Sequence record: ON287372.1
Strand: one strand, 5' to 3'
DNA: 64,000 bases
The notes beneath the pieces were generated by a model. That model did no database searches and was not told the origin of the DNA. It saw only the letters and a program-made list of their open reading frames with translations. The first letter of the stretch is position 1. Every line of letters starts with the position of its first letter. The position numbers were made by a program, and so were the translations under genes. Shown in pieces: positions 1-8,877 of this stretch.

Positions 1-2
1 TT

Positions 3-878
3 CGTTCTAATCCACAGACTCTGGAGATAGAAGGTAAAGACAGTAGAGGTAATCCCGTACACGTAAAGACATTTACAGATACTGTCATTGAAGCAGAGTG
101 GCGTGGAACTGATAGTAGCTGGACAACTGCACCTGATGTTCAACGTGGTGAGGTAGTTGAGATCATCCGTTACGCCGACCAGAACAAATACTACTGGCGT
201 GAACGTGGTGACCAGATCAACTTACGCCGCGGTGAGACTAAACGCTTGATGGTATCAGGTAATCTCAATGCCAACGGAGAAGAGCCCAATCCAGATACGC
301 ATTACATGATGGAGATCTCTGGACACGGTAAAGGTATTACGCTGTCTACCAGTCAGGCTAATGGTGAAGTCGCTAAATACCATCTGAATATCAACGGCGG
401 TAATGGTCTTATTAGTTTGGCAGATGACCAGGGACAAGAGTTCTACCTTAATACCAAAGAGAAGCGTGTTCGCATGTGTAACTCAGATGGTACATTAGTA
501 GAGATTCGCGAGAAAGATATCCTCATGAATGCGGAGGAAGACATCGGTATTGTTGCCGGTGGGAATATACTAATGGCCTGTCGTAATCTTAATCTCCAAG
601 CTGAAGAAAGGATTGATATGGAAGCTGGTAATGAGGCTAATGTTACTGCCCAGAAGATTTCGCTCAATGGCCTGATCGCATTGAATGGACCCATTATCCA
701 AGAAAAGTCTTCCACTGGAGATTTTACTGCTCAGATGAAGGGTCCGTTAAATGTAGAAGATGTAGTTAAAGCGAAAGACTTCGAACTCAGTAGTGGTGGC
801 ATCACTCTGAAGTACCACGGACACAAAGATGTTCAAAATGGTACCGGTGAGTCTGGGACTTCTGTACCTAAGCGATAA
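3..878 (+). CDS. Baseplate central spike protein, 5' truncated by window edge
   Basis: Frame is open from position 3, upstream of the track's start at 246. Beta-helix-like C-terminal half ends LKYHGHKDVQNGTGESGTSVP, an HxH apex motif like P2 gpV/phi92 gp138 spikes. Confidence 0.7.
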   Translation, partial: RSNPQTLEIEGKDSRGNPVHVKTFTDTVIEAEWRGTDSSWTTAPDVQRGEVVEIIRYADQNKYYWRERGDQINLRRGETKRLMVSGNLNANGEEPNPDTHYMMEISGHGKGITLSTSQANGEVAKYHLNINGGNGLISLADDQGQEFYLNTKEKRVRMCNSDGTLVEIREKDILMNAEEDIGIVAGGNILMACRNLNLQAEERIDMEAGNEANVTAQKISLNGLIALNGPIIQEKSSTGDFTAQMKGPLNVEDVVKAKDFELSSGGITLKYHGHKDVQNGTGESGTSVPKR

Positions 879-885
879 CGCAAAC

Positions 886-917
886 ATAGCGGAGAGGACA
901 AAGGCCCTCTCCGCTAT
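886..917. terminator. Bidirectional intrinsic terminator hairpin
   Basis: ATAGCGGAGAGG-8nt-CCTCTCCGCTAT between convergent genes, with a T tract after it on the + strand. Confidence 0.75.
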
Positions 918-923
918 TTTCTT

Positions 924-1454
924 TTATGGCGGGTTACCGTAAACAACTCGGTCTAAGCGCAACCAACTATAAGTCTTACCATCACCCTGGTCGTCGTTAC
1001 CGTAATTCCATAACCGCAGTACTTGACCTGGTTGAACGTTACATCCCATCAATGGAGATTGTTGCTCGCCAGTATAGTCACCAGCCCTCCACTGAATACC
1101 TGGGTTGACTTCGCCAATGCCAAAGTTACCACCGGAACCATGGAGAGAACCTTGCCATTTAGAAATGTTGAAGGAGAATACAATCCCAGTAATAGGACGA
1201 TAAATCTCCAACCACCAATCCGCGTAGCAAACAGTACTTCCCCAAACAGTTCCAGGCATCCCGCCACCACGACCCCACGCCATTGTGGTCTGGTTGTAGA
1301 TAGGCATCTGTGCGTTAGCCTTATCCCAAACTGGCCACCAACGGTTGTCGCCAGCACGAACGAAGATTTGCTTAACGTTACGCCAAGCACCACCCGAGTT
1401 CACGAAGGCTTTATTACAGGGACGCCACGCGCCCCCTGAGTTGACGTAAAGCAT
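924..1454 (-). CDS. Putative tail fibre tip / receptor-binding adhesin
   Basis: N-terminal VNSGGAWR occurs twice; Gly/Trp-rich; directly downstream of fibre gene; RBS AAGGAG. Confidence 0.55.
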   Translation of the reverse strand: MLYVNSGGAWRPCNKAFVNSGGAWRNVKQIFVRAGDNRWWPVWDKANAQMPIYNQTTMAWGRGGGMPGTVWGSTVCYADWWLEIYRPITGIVFSFNISKWQGSLHGSGGNFGIGEVNPGIQWRAGDYTGEQQSPLMGCNVQPGQVLRLWNYGNDDQGDGKTYSWLRLDRVVYGNPP

Positions 1455-1463
1455 CCTAGCTCC

Positions 1464-2816
1464 TTAACCTAACTGGAACCAAATATGGTCAGTGGAGTAA
1501 CCGTTAACCGAACCTGGGCCGTTCCAAGATATGGTACGTTGGGCTTGCATATAACGTTTTACCGAGTATGGAGTAGCGAAGGTGTTACCGCTATTGCCAG
1601 CCAAGTTCTCCGCATCGTTAGCCGCACGCCAGTTAGGTACACTGCCCAAACCAACCTGAGCGGCGGTGACGCCGTGTGGGTTAGAACGGTTACCCGTGTG
1701 AGAGGCAATCGCTGGATCAGGGTTGTTCGAGCTATACAGCCGACCGAGCTGGGTGTTATCCACCTGAGCGATCAAGCCGCCTGTAGACCAACCGATGTAC
1801 ACGTTGTTATTCAGCATGTTGGTACCACCTCCCTGCTGAACCTGCCGCACATTAATGAGATTACCCAGACCTACCTGTGCAGCGGTTACTTCATGAGGAT
1901 TACTCTTATTGGCAATGTGCGTAGTGATCTTCGGATCGATATTCAGCGTATTGAACTTGGTAATCGCCTGCCAAGTACGCAGAGGAGTCATGATGACCTC
2001 ACCAGCAGTACCGGCTTCAGCCTCAGGCTGAGTAGCAGGACGATAGTTCTCAACTGCGCTAAGACCAACCTGGGCTTTGGTTACGGCATGCGGGTTGGTT
2101 TTGTCGGCAATGTGCTTGTTGGTACGATCGGTCAGTTCACCCAGTGCGAGATTAGTCCCGTCCACACGAACGTTAACTGCTTCGATACGTGCAGCCAACT
2201 CGTTGTCCATGTTGTGCAAATCATTGAGGTTGTCATCCAGATGCTTCTTGATGCGCTCAATGTAATCGTACATCACGTCGTGGGAACTCACGTCACCCTG
2301 ATAGATGGCCTGGACGATATCTTCCAGGGACATCACTACGTATTCCAATCCGTAAAGATCGGTTGCAGAGGTCAGGTGCTTAGACGGGTTAAACTCCGTA
2401 GGTTTACCCAGGATATCGTTCCAGCGAACTGGACGGTTATCTTGCTGGATGTCATTCAGGAGTTTACCGATGACGTTAACTGAGGAACTGTACGGACCAC
2501 CAACAACCTGGTAAGTCAGGTAGACGTCGGTGTGTTCCGTATTCATGATCTGTACCATAGTACAAATCGGTTTACCGACACGAAGCTCTGCTTCCTGCTC
2601 AGGGTAGAGCAGTTTATAATCGGTACCCAAGACCAGGGTCTTAGCCGTAACCGCATCTTTAACTACCATGGACTCCGAGAAATACGGACCTGCATACGGA
2701 GCCAGTGCACGGTTATACTCACGACCAACAGTGCGTCGTTCGTTGATGATACGGTTAGTAATCGCATTACCTGTCGGGTCATACGGGTACTTAACTACTT
2801 GAACGTTAGTAGACAT
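1464..2816 (-). CDS. Tail fibre protein
   Basis: Three H-x5-NPH-x-VT-x-AQVGL repeats; N-terminus (YPYDPTGNAITNRI) is paralogous to the next fibre. Confidence 0.75.
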   Translation of the reverse strand: MSTNVQVVKYPYDPTGNAITNRIINERRTVGREYNRALAPYAGPYFSESMVVKDAVTAKTLVLGTDYKLLYPEQEAELRVGKPICTMVQIMNTEHTDVYLTYQVVGGPYSSSVNVIGKLLNDIQQDNRPVRWNDILGKPTEFNPSKHLTSATDLYGLEYVVMSLEDIVQAIYQGDVSSHDVMYDYIERIKKHLDDNLNDLHNMDNELAARIEAVNVRVDGTNLALGELTDRTNKHIADKTNPHAVTKAQVGLSAVENYRPATQPEAEAGTAGEVIMTPLRTWQAITKFNTLNIDPKITTHIANKSNPHEVTAAQVGLGNLINVRQVQQGGGTNMLNNNVYIGWSTGGLIAQVDNTQLGRLYSSNNPDPAIASHTGNRSNPHGVTAAQVGLGSVPNWRAANDAENLAGNSGNTFATPYSVKRYMQAQRTISWNGPGSVNGYSTDHIWFQLG

Positions 2817-2827
2817 TCTTTACCTCG

Positions 2828-5056
2828 TTAAACTGAGACAGGTTGGGTGATGGCGAAGTATCTTTCCTGATCGGTAACAGCAAAGCACTCACCCGTGGAG
2901 TAGTTGTAAATCCGACGACCCGGCTTCAGATCATTAGTGATCATCTGAGAATCGTTGGTTGCGACTACCGTCCATGCGTTATTGGTGAAGGTGTAGTCGA
3001 GGTAGTTGATTACATCGACAATCTTCCCGGTAAAAGCAGGCATGGAAACTGGTGTGAATTCGGTAGCTGCTTGACCCACGTTCACGTAACCTGCACGCCA
3101 GCTGAAGTTAGAGGCGTTGAATGGAACACTCGAGATGTCCACGTTTACAGTAGTAGTACCAACAGTAACTTGCATGTTGTTACCAGACGGCTGACAAGTA
3201 ACCTGAACCGAAGTCCCGGTCAATGCAGCCAGTGCAACGTCTGCACCGTAAGTCCACGCTTGGTTAGCATATACGCCCAGATAGCACGCTTTGTTCTTGA
3301 AGAAGATCGCTGCGTATTTCACAGGGTCGGTGTCAGTGCCCTGATAACCGAAGATAAAGCCTGGTTGGATCCCGGTAGTTGACGCATCGATGAATGCACG
3401 CTGGAAATAAGTCGCAGGTGATGGCGACAGAATAACGCTAACTGCGCTATCACGGTTAACTGGCGACTTAACGGTACGCAGAGTACTCGTCCAGTTATTA
3501 TTCAAACCACTCGAGAGGTTAGGCATTGTGGCAGCAAACATCGTTGCCGGGAAACCTTTCGAGAGTGTATCCATGTAAGCAGGATTAACGCTATAGGCTT
3601 TTACCAGTACCTGATTCAGAATAGCCGCATTGGTTCCTTTCGGATCCATGTAGACGCTTTCTTTGGTTGGGTCAATAGCTTCTGCCGCCGTAGCAAAACC
3701 GGCGTTAGTTACCAGACCTAAACCTACGTCTTCTTTGGTCATGTTCAGACCGTTTGCGATTTGCTGATCGATATAGACACGAGCAACAGCAGTCCACCAA
3801 CTACCCAGGTTCTGCGGAGACAGATACAGGTCAGAGCGACTCATTGCATTAGCATCTGCGGCAGAGGCCATTGCGTAGTTCTGGATGAGGTCTAAGCCAA
3901 TTTGAGCTGGCTTAACGTCATGCGGGTTGTTGTGGTTGTTGATGTGTTCGATCAACGGTTGCTCAGAACCGTTCTTAATGGCCAAGTTGGTCAAGTAAGG
4001 AGTCATGAACGAGGTGCGGTTTACGCCACCAATCGCTTGCTCTTCGGTCGCAGCTAACCAGTTAGGTACGTTACCTAAACCGACCTGCGTAGCAGTTACC
4101 TTGTGGGGGTTATCCTGTCGGTCAGTGTGAGTACGCATGATTACTGGTACGACAGTTTGTACCAGCGTATTCGTGGTACTTGGAACCATGTACAGGTTAT
4201 CGGCCACACCAGCTGCAGCTTCGTCTTGGTTTGCCTGACGCCAGTTATTAACCAGACCCAGCCCAACCTGCGCAGCGGTAACACCGTGCGGGTTTTGGTC
4301 ATCGGCTTTGTGGGCATCGATAACCGGAATGACGTTTGCGTTAGTGAATTGCTTCACACGCAGGGAAGTCATGTAGTAGGTATTATCCGTACCACCCTCC
4401 GCCTGCTCTTTAGAAGCAGGTACCAGGTTACCCAGTTGGTCAATACCCAAATCGGCCAGAGTAATGTGGTGTGGGTTGTTGTGGTCTTGGATGTGTTCCA
4501 TCAGAGCTTGCATGGATTTGACGTTACCCTCACGGATAGCATCTGCAATGTCGTAGTTTGAAGACACTACTTCAGACATCCCAACCATATCTTCAGCGTT
4601 AGTACGATGAGGAATTGGCGGGAACTCTTCTGGGAGATCTACAATAGAGCCCCAGGTTGCCGTACGCGGGTCGAGTTGTTTGTTAGCCAAAATCTCAAGG
4701 ATCTGGGATTCGCTAAGAACAAACTCACCGCCCAATGTTTGGTAATCAATCTCAATGTTACCCGACAAAGTACGGTCGTTGAATACGATCGCACCGTATA
4801 CCGGCTGCATACTACCGCTCACCAGAATCTGGTCAAAACGGAAGCCGAAGTAGTAGTCTACGTTAGCGCGTAACTTAGCACCCGTTGAGGCATTACGGAT
4901 AACGAGATCCCTTCGGAAAAATGGAGCGAAGCGCGGGACGACAAAGTTAAAATCAGTGCCATTTACGGCAGTAATGGTATGTGGTTCTGATACGATCTTG
5001 TTCGCGGCATTTGTGCCGTAAGGATCAAAGTCGTACTGATACTTAGTATTGTTCAT
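2828..5056 (-). CDS. Tail fibre protein
   Basis: N-terminus YDFDPYGTNAANKI; four NPH/QVGLG-type repeats plus one partial; beta-rich C-terminal domain. Confidence 0.75.
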   Translation of the reverse strand: MNNTKYQYDFDPYGTNAANKIVSEPHTITAVNGTDFNFVVPRFAPFFRRDLVIRNASTGAKLRANVDYYFGFRFDQILVSGSMQPVYGAIVFNDRTLSGNIEIDYQTLGGEFVLSESQILEILANKQLDPRTATWGSIVDLPEEFPPIPHRTNAEDMVGMSEVVSSNYDIADAIREGNVKSMQALMEHIQDHNNPHHITLADLGIDQLGNLVPASKEQAEGGTDNTYYMTSLRVKQFTNANVIPVIDAHKADDQNPHGVTAAQVGLGLVNNWRQANQDEAAAGVADNLYMVPSTTNTLVQTVVPVIMRTHTDRQDNPHKVTATQVGLGNVPNWLAATEEQAIGGVNRTSFMTPYLTNLAIKNGSEQPLIEHINNHNNPHDVKPAQIGLDLIQNYAMASAADANAMSRSDLYLSPQNLGSWWTAVARVYIDQQIANGLNMTKEDVGLGLVTNAGFATAAEAIDPTKESVYMDPKGTNAAILNQVLVKAYSVNPAYMDTLSKGFPATMFAATMPNLSSGLNNNWTSTLRTVKSPVNRDSAVSVILSPSPATYFQRAFIDASTTGIQPGFIFGYQGTDTDPVKYAAIFFKNKACYLGVYANQAWTYGADVALAALTGTSVQVTCQPSGNNMQVTVGTTTVNVDISSVPFNASNFSWRAGYVNVGQAATEFTPVSMPAFTGKIVDVINYLDYTFTNNAWTVVATNDSQMITNDLKPGRRIYNYSTGECFAVTDQERYFAITQPVSV

Positions 5057-5122
5057 ATTAGCCTCAGTTCATCCATCGGCCGATGGGTAACATACAAATG
5101 CGTCACCTAAACAGGAGAAAGT

Positions 5123-6367
5123 ATGTACCAGATAGTGACCGCGCAAGCTATCCCTAAGGGGAATTACGGTGACTGGCAGAACGTTAACCTAAAAGGGATG
5201 CGTTTGAATGACATTTTCCAACTGTACCACATCTGCATGGTACAACTTCATGATCCCGATAAAAACATTACGGGCTGGTTAGATTTGTATCAACTCCCGG
5301 TACAACTCAGAACCTCTCCTGCAATCATCGAAGAATGGTTAGCGATTTCTTCCCCACTTACTCTCTTCGAAGATGACCCTAGTGGTTTGAAAGGCGACCA
5401 CTACGTCCGTGCTATGTTCGCTAATGCCTTCGGTATTACTACCACCGGGATTAACTTTAGCTTTGCACAAAATGAAAACTTACTCCCAGATCAACGGGTC
5501 GATATCATGCTTAAGAAAGATGGTATCGAAGATTACGATCGCATCGTGCGCAATGCATTGTTCACCACCAACGGATTAATCTTCCGTGCAGATACTTTGC
5601 CTAATGGCGGGATCTGTCTGTTAGGTGCTGGCGCTGCTGCTTCACGCTATAACGACAACCGTGTTGGTATTCTGGATTTCAGTGACATTGCAGAAATTAA
5701 GACATACAACATCACGGATGAAATGATCCGTGGGGGCGGTAAAGATTTACCATTGGCTCGTGGCTTCTTCATTGATCTACCAGAGAACCTGGTTGGTAAA
5801 ACTGTAGGCATTGTTATCGCTGGTCAGATGCACCTGCTAAATGGTACTTTGTCGGTTGTAGGCGATAGCCGTGTTCGTTTCAATACTCAGTTGTTGGACT
5901 TCCCGGATATCTATTACTCTACCTACAATGCATTGAACCTCAGCTCAATCCCATTGACGGTAGACCAGAACGCACCAGATCAGTTTGTCACCAGTCAGTT
6001 CACTACTGATGAGTCGATCAAGGCATTCCTGCAGTTGTCTCAGTCGTTCCTCTTTATCATTGAGAGCAACAACATCATTGTAGAGAACCTCAAGATTAAG
6101 GGGACTGAGCTACCTGGGATGTATATCTCCCCTGGTCAAGCATTACCTGATCTTCCTCTTCAGGTAGGTTCCGGTTTTATCGTAGAGTATAATGTTGAAG
6201 AGCGTGATGGGTTCTGGGCAGTATCAGTTCCTCACCACAACTACGATAACTGGATTAGGCACAGCACATCAGTTACGGATGCTACAGTCATTCGTGATCA
6301 GCGTTACGGATACAAACGCGCTTGGCGCTCCAGGGCAGGGTTCCTCTTAATTAAACGAGTGGTCTGA
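5123..6367 (+). CDS. Conserved jumbo-phage virion structural protein (function unknown)
   Basis: 414-aa ORF with RBS AGGAGA; lies in the structural cluster. Confidence 0.5.
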   Translation: MYQIVTAQAIPKGNYGDWQNVNLKGMRLNDIFQLYHICMVQLHDPDKNITGWLDLYQLPVQLRTSPAIIEEWLAISSPLTLFEDDPSGLKGDHYVRAMFANAFGITTTGINFSFAQNENLLPDQRVDIMLKKDGIEDYDRIVRNALFTTNGLIFRADTLPNGGICLLGAGAAASRYNDNRVGILDFSDIAEIKTYNITDEMIRGGGKDLPLARGFFIDLPENLVGKTVGIVIAGQMHLLNGTLSVVGDSRVRFNTQLLDFPDIYYSTYNALNLSSIPLTVDQNAPDQFVTSQFTTDESIKAFLQLSQSFLFIIESNNIIVENLKIKGTELPGMYISPGQALPDLPLQVGSGFIVEYNVEERDGFWAVSVPHHNYDNWIRHSTSVTDATVIRDQRYGYKRAWRSRAGFLLIKRVV

Positions 6368-6368
6368 T

Positions 6369-6977
6369 ATGAATATCAAATCCTTAATTTCCGGACTCTT
6401 CGCGCAATACAAGACGTATCTGTTTATCGTCCTTATTGCGATCGTTTCAACCTACGTAGTTGTTAAGGTTAACGCCTACATCAACAACCAGGTTGAGAAG
6501 CGGTTATTGGAATCCAGAAACGCCATGCTGAAGGAACTTCAGAAATCCATCCAAGGATCCCTGGATAATAAATTGGACGGTCTTTCAGCTTCAATGAATG
6601 ATGGCTTCGCAAAAATCAACAAGGGTCTTAACGATGCTAAACAAAATATTGAAAGCCAGCGTACTCAGCTTGACAATATTGGCGATGTCTGGCTGCGCGT
6701 CGACGCAACCAAAGGCTCCGATGGAAACGCTGGAGATAAAGGTCAAGGAAGTAAAGGCACCGGAGATCAATCCGGAGATAATGGAACCTATTACGCCAAA
6801 CTTCCAAACTCGTCTCTGCAATTTCTTAAAGGGGAAGCCTACAGAGCAGATCAATGCGCCGTGCGCTTAGGGGCAGCGCAAGAGGCACTCGTTCAGTATA
6901 AAGGTGCCTTTGAGAAATACCAGACTTACGTACGCGAAGCTCTGGATCAAGCAAAGAAAACCCACGATGCAAAATAA
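6369..6977 (+). CDS. Inner-membrane spanin (Rz-like)
   Basis: Single N-terminal TM segment (YLFIVLIAIVSTYVVV), coiled-coil periplasmic region, C-terminal Cys; contains a nested lipoprotein ORF. Confidence 0.65.
   Translation: MNIKSLISGLFAQYKTYLFIVLIAIVSTYVVVKVNAYINNQVEKRLLESRNAMLKELQKSIQGSLDNKLDGLSASMNDGFAKINKGLNDAKQNIESQRTQLDNIGDVWLRVDATKGSDGNAGDKGQGSKGTGDQSGDNGTYYAKLPNSSLQFLKGEAYRADQCAVRLGAAQEALVQYKGAFEKYQTYVREALDQAKKTHDAK
6634..6870 (+). CDS. Outer-membrane spanin lipoprotein (Rz1-like), embedded in +1 frame
   Basis: ATG at 6634 with AAGGG upstream; MLNKILKASVLSLTILAMSG-C signal peptide and lipobox; Pro-rich mature part. Confidence 0.7.
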   Translation: MLNKILKASVLSLTILAMSGCASTQPKAPMETLEIKVKEVKAPEINPEIMEPITPNFQTRLCNFLKGKPTEQINAPCA

Positions 6978-7002
6978 GGAGAGGGGCAAAAGCCCCTCTC
7001 CT
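6977..7002. terminator. Bidirectional terminator hairpin
   Basis: AGGAGAGGGGC-AAAA-GCCCCTCTCCT then CTATGTTTT, between convergent genes. Confidence 0.75.
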
Positions 7003-7009
7003 CTATGTT

Positions 7010-7585
7010 TTACTCGTCGTTAGGCTTGTTTCGATTACGGACAACACTCACGATTTCACCTATCGTACCATTCTTCAGGTTATCCCCGAATACAGCAGAC
7101 AGAATGTCTCGACGTTCCTTGTTGATGATACCCATGTAGTACCATGCGATACACATTGTAGGGATAATCACCGTGGCGACCAACATTGTGCTGGGGAATT
7201 CCTTCCTTGCGATAGAGACGATGACTGCAGCAGCTGTGATAGCAATGTTACAACCTGCCATCACGAGACACATCAGAACACCCATCCAGTTACGTGCCAT
7301 ACGTTCACCAGGACTAGGTTCGGTTAGGTCACGTATCTCTTTCTTAACGCCGCCCGCATGATTGATCTTCGTGTCACTGATCTCGATGTCACGAATTTTA
7401 TCCCGGAGAGTTTCTTCAGTGTGTTCCAGTACTCGTTTCAGCGCGTCAACAGTCATTGGACCACTATAGTCCGGCATGTTGAGTAGCTTACCAAGGTACT
7501 TGTCTACTGCTTTTCCATCGACCGTAACCAAATAGCCAATACCGATCGAGCCATAACTGTTATCTAGGAGTTCGCCCAGCTTCAT
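7010..7585 (-). CDS. Two-TM membrane protein, holin candidate
   Basis: Two hydrophobic segments in the C-half and a charged C-terminus (RNRNKPNDE); adjacent to the spanins. Confidence 0.4.
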   Translation of the reverse strand: MKLGELLDNSYGSIGIGYLVTVDGKAVDKYLGKLLNMPDYSGPMTVDALKRVLEHTEETLRDKIRDIEISDTKINHAGGVKKEIRDLTEPSPGERMARNWMGVLMCLVMAGCNIAITAAAVIVSIARKEFPSTMLVATVIIPTMCIAWYYMGIINKERRDILSAVFGDNLKNGTIGEIVSVVRNRNKPNDE

Positions 7586-8210
7586 TTTCGATCACCTGCA
7601 ATATTTTAGTTAACACAATATCCTGCAGATTATCGATAGAGTCAGTACCGTCTAAAACACTACGGTCAACGGGGAGACACTTAAACGCCCATTCGTAACG
7701 TTCACGATGGATATCGAACGTATCCATTATACGCTTCTCGATATCATCCAGCTCACCGGAGTTACACAGCATCAGGCGCTTCTTAGAAGTTTCTTTATCG
7801 ATGTCAAAGAAGAAGACATGATCAGGCTCGCATTCGAAATCGCCAATAACTTCGTTGTGAATATTGGCTGCTGCCCAACGATTAGATTCTTTTTCAGTAT
7901 AAGCGATTGTAGAATAAACCCACCGATCTACGAGAACGATCTTCCCAGCCTCTACAGAAGGTTTAATTACATGTTCCAGGTGTTCGGTACGACTAGCATT
8001 AAATAACAGCACACGGGACGATTCAGAGAGTTTCTGATGGTATCTCGTCTCATCGAAGAGGAGTAAGTCGCGGATTTTCTCTCCAATGAAAGTTCCACCC
8101 GGCTCTCTGCAAATTACGACTTCGTAACCTAAAGCCTTAAGCTTCTCAGCTACTCCGTCCCGACAAGTCGTTTTTCCTGCCCCATCCATTCCTTCGAAGA
8201 CGAAGAACAT
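7560..8210 (-). CDS. tmk: Thymidylate kinase
   Basis: FEGMDGAGKTT P-loop, REPGG and DRW motifs. Confidence 0.93.
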   Translation of the reverse strand: MFFVFEGMDGAGKTTCRDGVAEKLKALGYEVVICREPGGTFIGEKIRDLLLFDETRYHQKLSESSRVLLFNASRTEHLEHVIKPSVEAGKIVLVDRWVYSTIAYTEKESNRWAAANIHNEVIGDFECEPDHVFFFDIDKETSKKRLMLCNSGELDDIEKRIMDTFDIHRERYEWAFKCLPVDRSVLDGTDSIDNLQDIVLTKILQVIENEAGRTPR

Positions 8211-8794
8211 GTATCCACTCCTTCAATAATACACTTCATTTCATTTAGCCATTCAGTCATTGCCCAGTGACCAATTGCCACGCTATCGACGGCGTGTTCA
8301 TCGAGTGAATCAATCGGTACGTTCTTGATCAATGTCTTAAGGCGATTAATAGCCATTCGTACAATTAGTTTTTTGTCAGGGCTATCTGAGTTACGTGCAC
8401 CGACTGCCTTCTTAGCAACCGATGGCTCAACTGTTAATAGATGCATGGTATCATCGTAGCGCAATACAGCACGACGGATTGTAACGATACCTTCAACCAA
8501 TGACCGATAAGCATTAACCATACGGCGCCGGAAGAATGCTGATTCGCATACGACTAAATGAGGCTCAAACCGTTTCATGGAATCTACCACGAAATCCTCA
8601 CAAAGACGATGGCGTGCACCACGTTCTCCTAAGACCATATACGGGTGACGAATATTGAGAATAGGATCCGGCTTAAAGGTTGTCGCATAAACTAACGTCT
8701 CGGTATGGTTAATTAAATCATACTCGATTATCGATAACCCAAAACACTGACTACCGGGGTCGATTCCCATAACCCTGAATTTTGTATCATCCAT
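8150..8794 (-). CDS. ruvC: RuvC-like Holliday junction resolvase
   Basis: VMGIDPG, VVCES and DEHAVDSVAIG acidic motifs. Start reassigned to ATG 8794 (RBS GAGGG); the track's longer start runs through a terminator. Confidence 0.85.
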   Translation of the reverse strand: MDDTKFRVMGIDPGSQCFGLSIIEYDLINHTETLVYATTFKPDPILNIRHPYMVLGERGARHRLCEDFVVDSMKRFEPHLVVCESAFFRRRMVNAYRSLVEGIVTIRRAVLRYDDTMHLLTVEPSVAKKAVGARNSDSPDKKLIVRMAINRLKTLIKNVPIDSLDEHAVDSVAIGHWAMTEWLNEMKCIIEGVDTCSSSSKEWMGQEKRLVGTE

Positions 8795-8841
8795 AGCACC
8801 CTCGGACTGGTTTGATATAAAAAAATAAGTAAGCATAAAAA

Positions 8842-8863
8842 AGTAGAGGCCGAAGCCCCTACT
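8842..8863 (-). terminator. Intrinsic terminator followed by TATG
   Basis: Minus strand reads AGTAGGGGC-TTCG-GCCTCTACT-TTTTATG. Confidence 0.7.
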
Positions 8864-8877
8864 TTTAAGAATCGCCT

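Noticed and set aside
1600-4520. Fibre repeats as a DGR template/variable pair or CRISPR-like array
   Set aside because: The repeats are in-frame protein repeats that diverge at all bases. There is no adenine-specific pattern, reverse transcriptase, or repeat-spacer periodicity.
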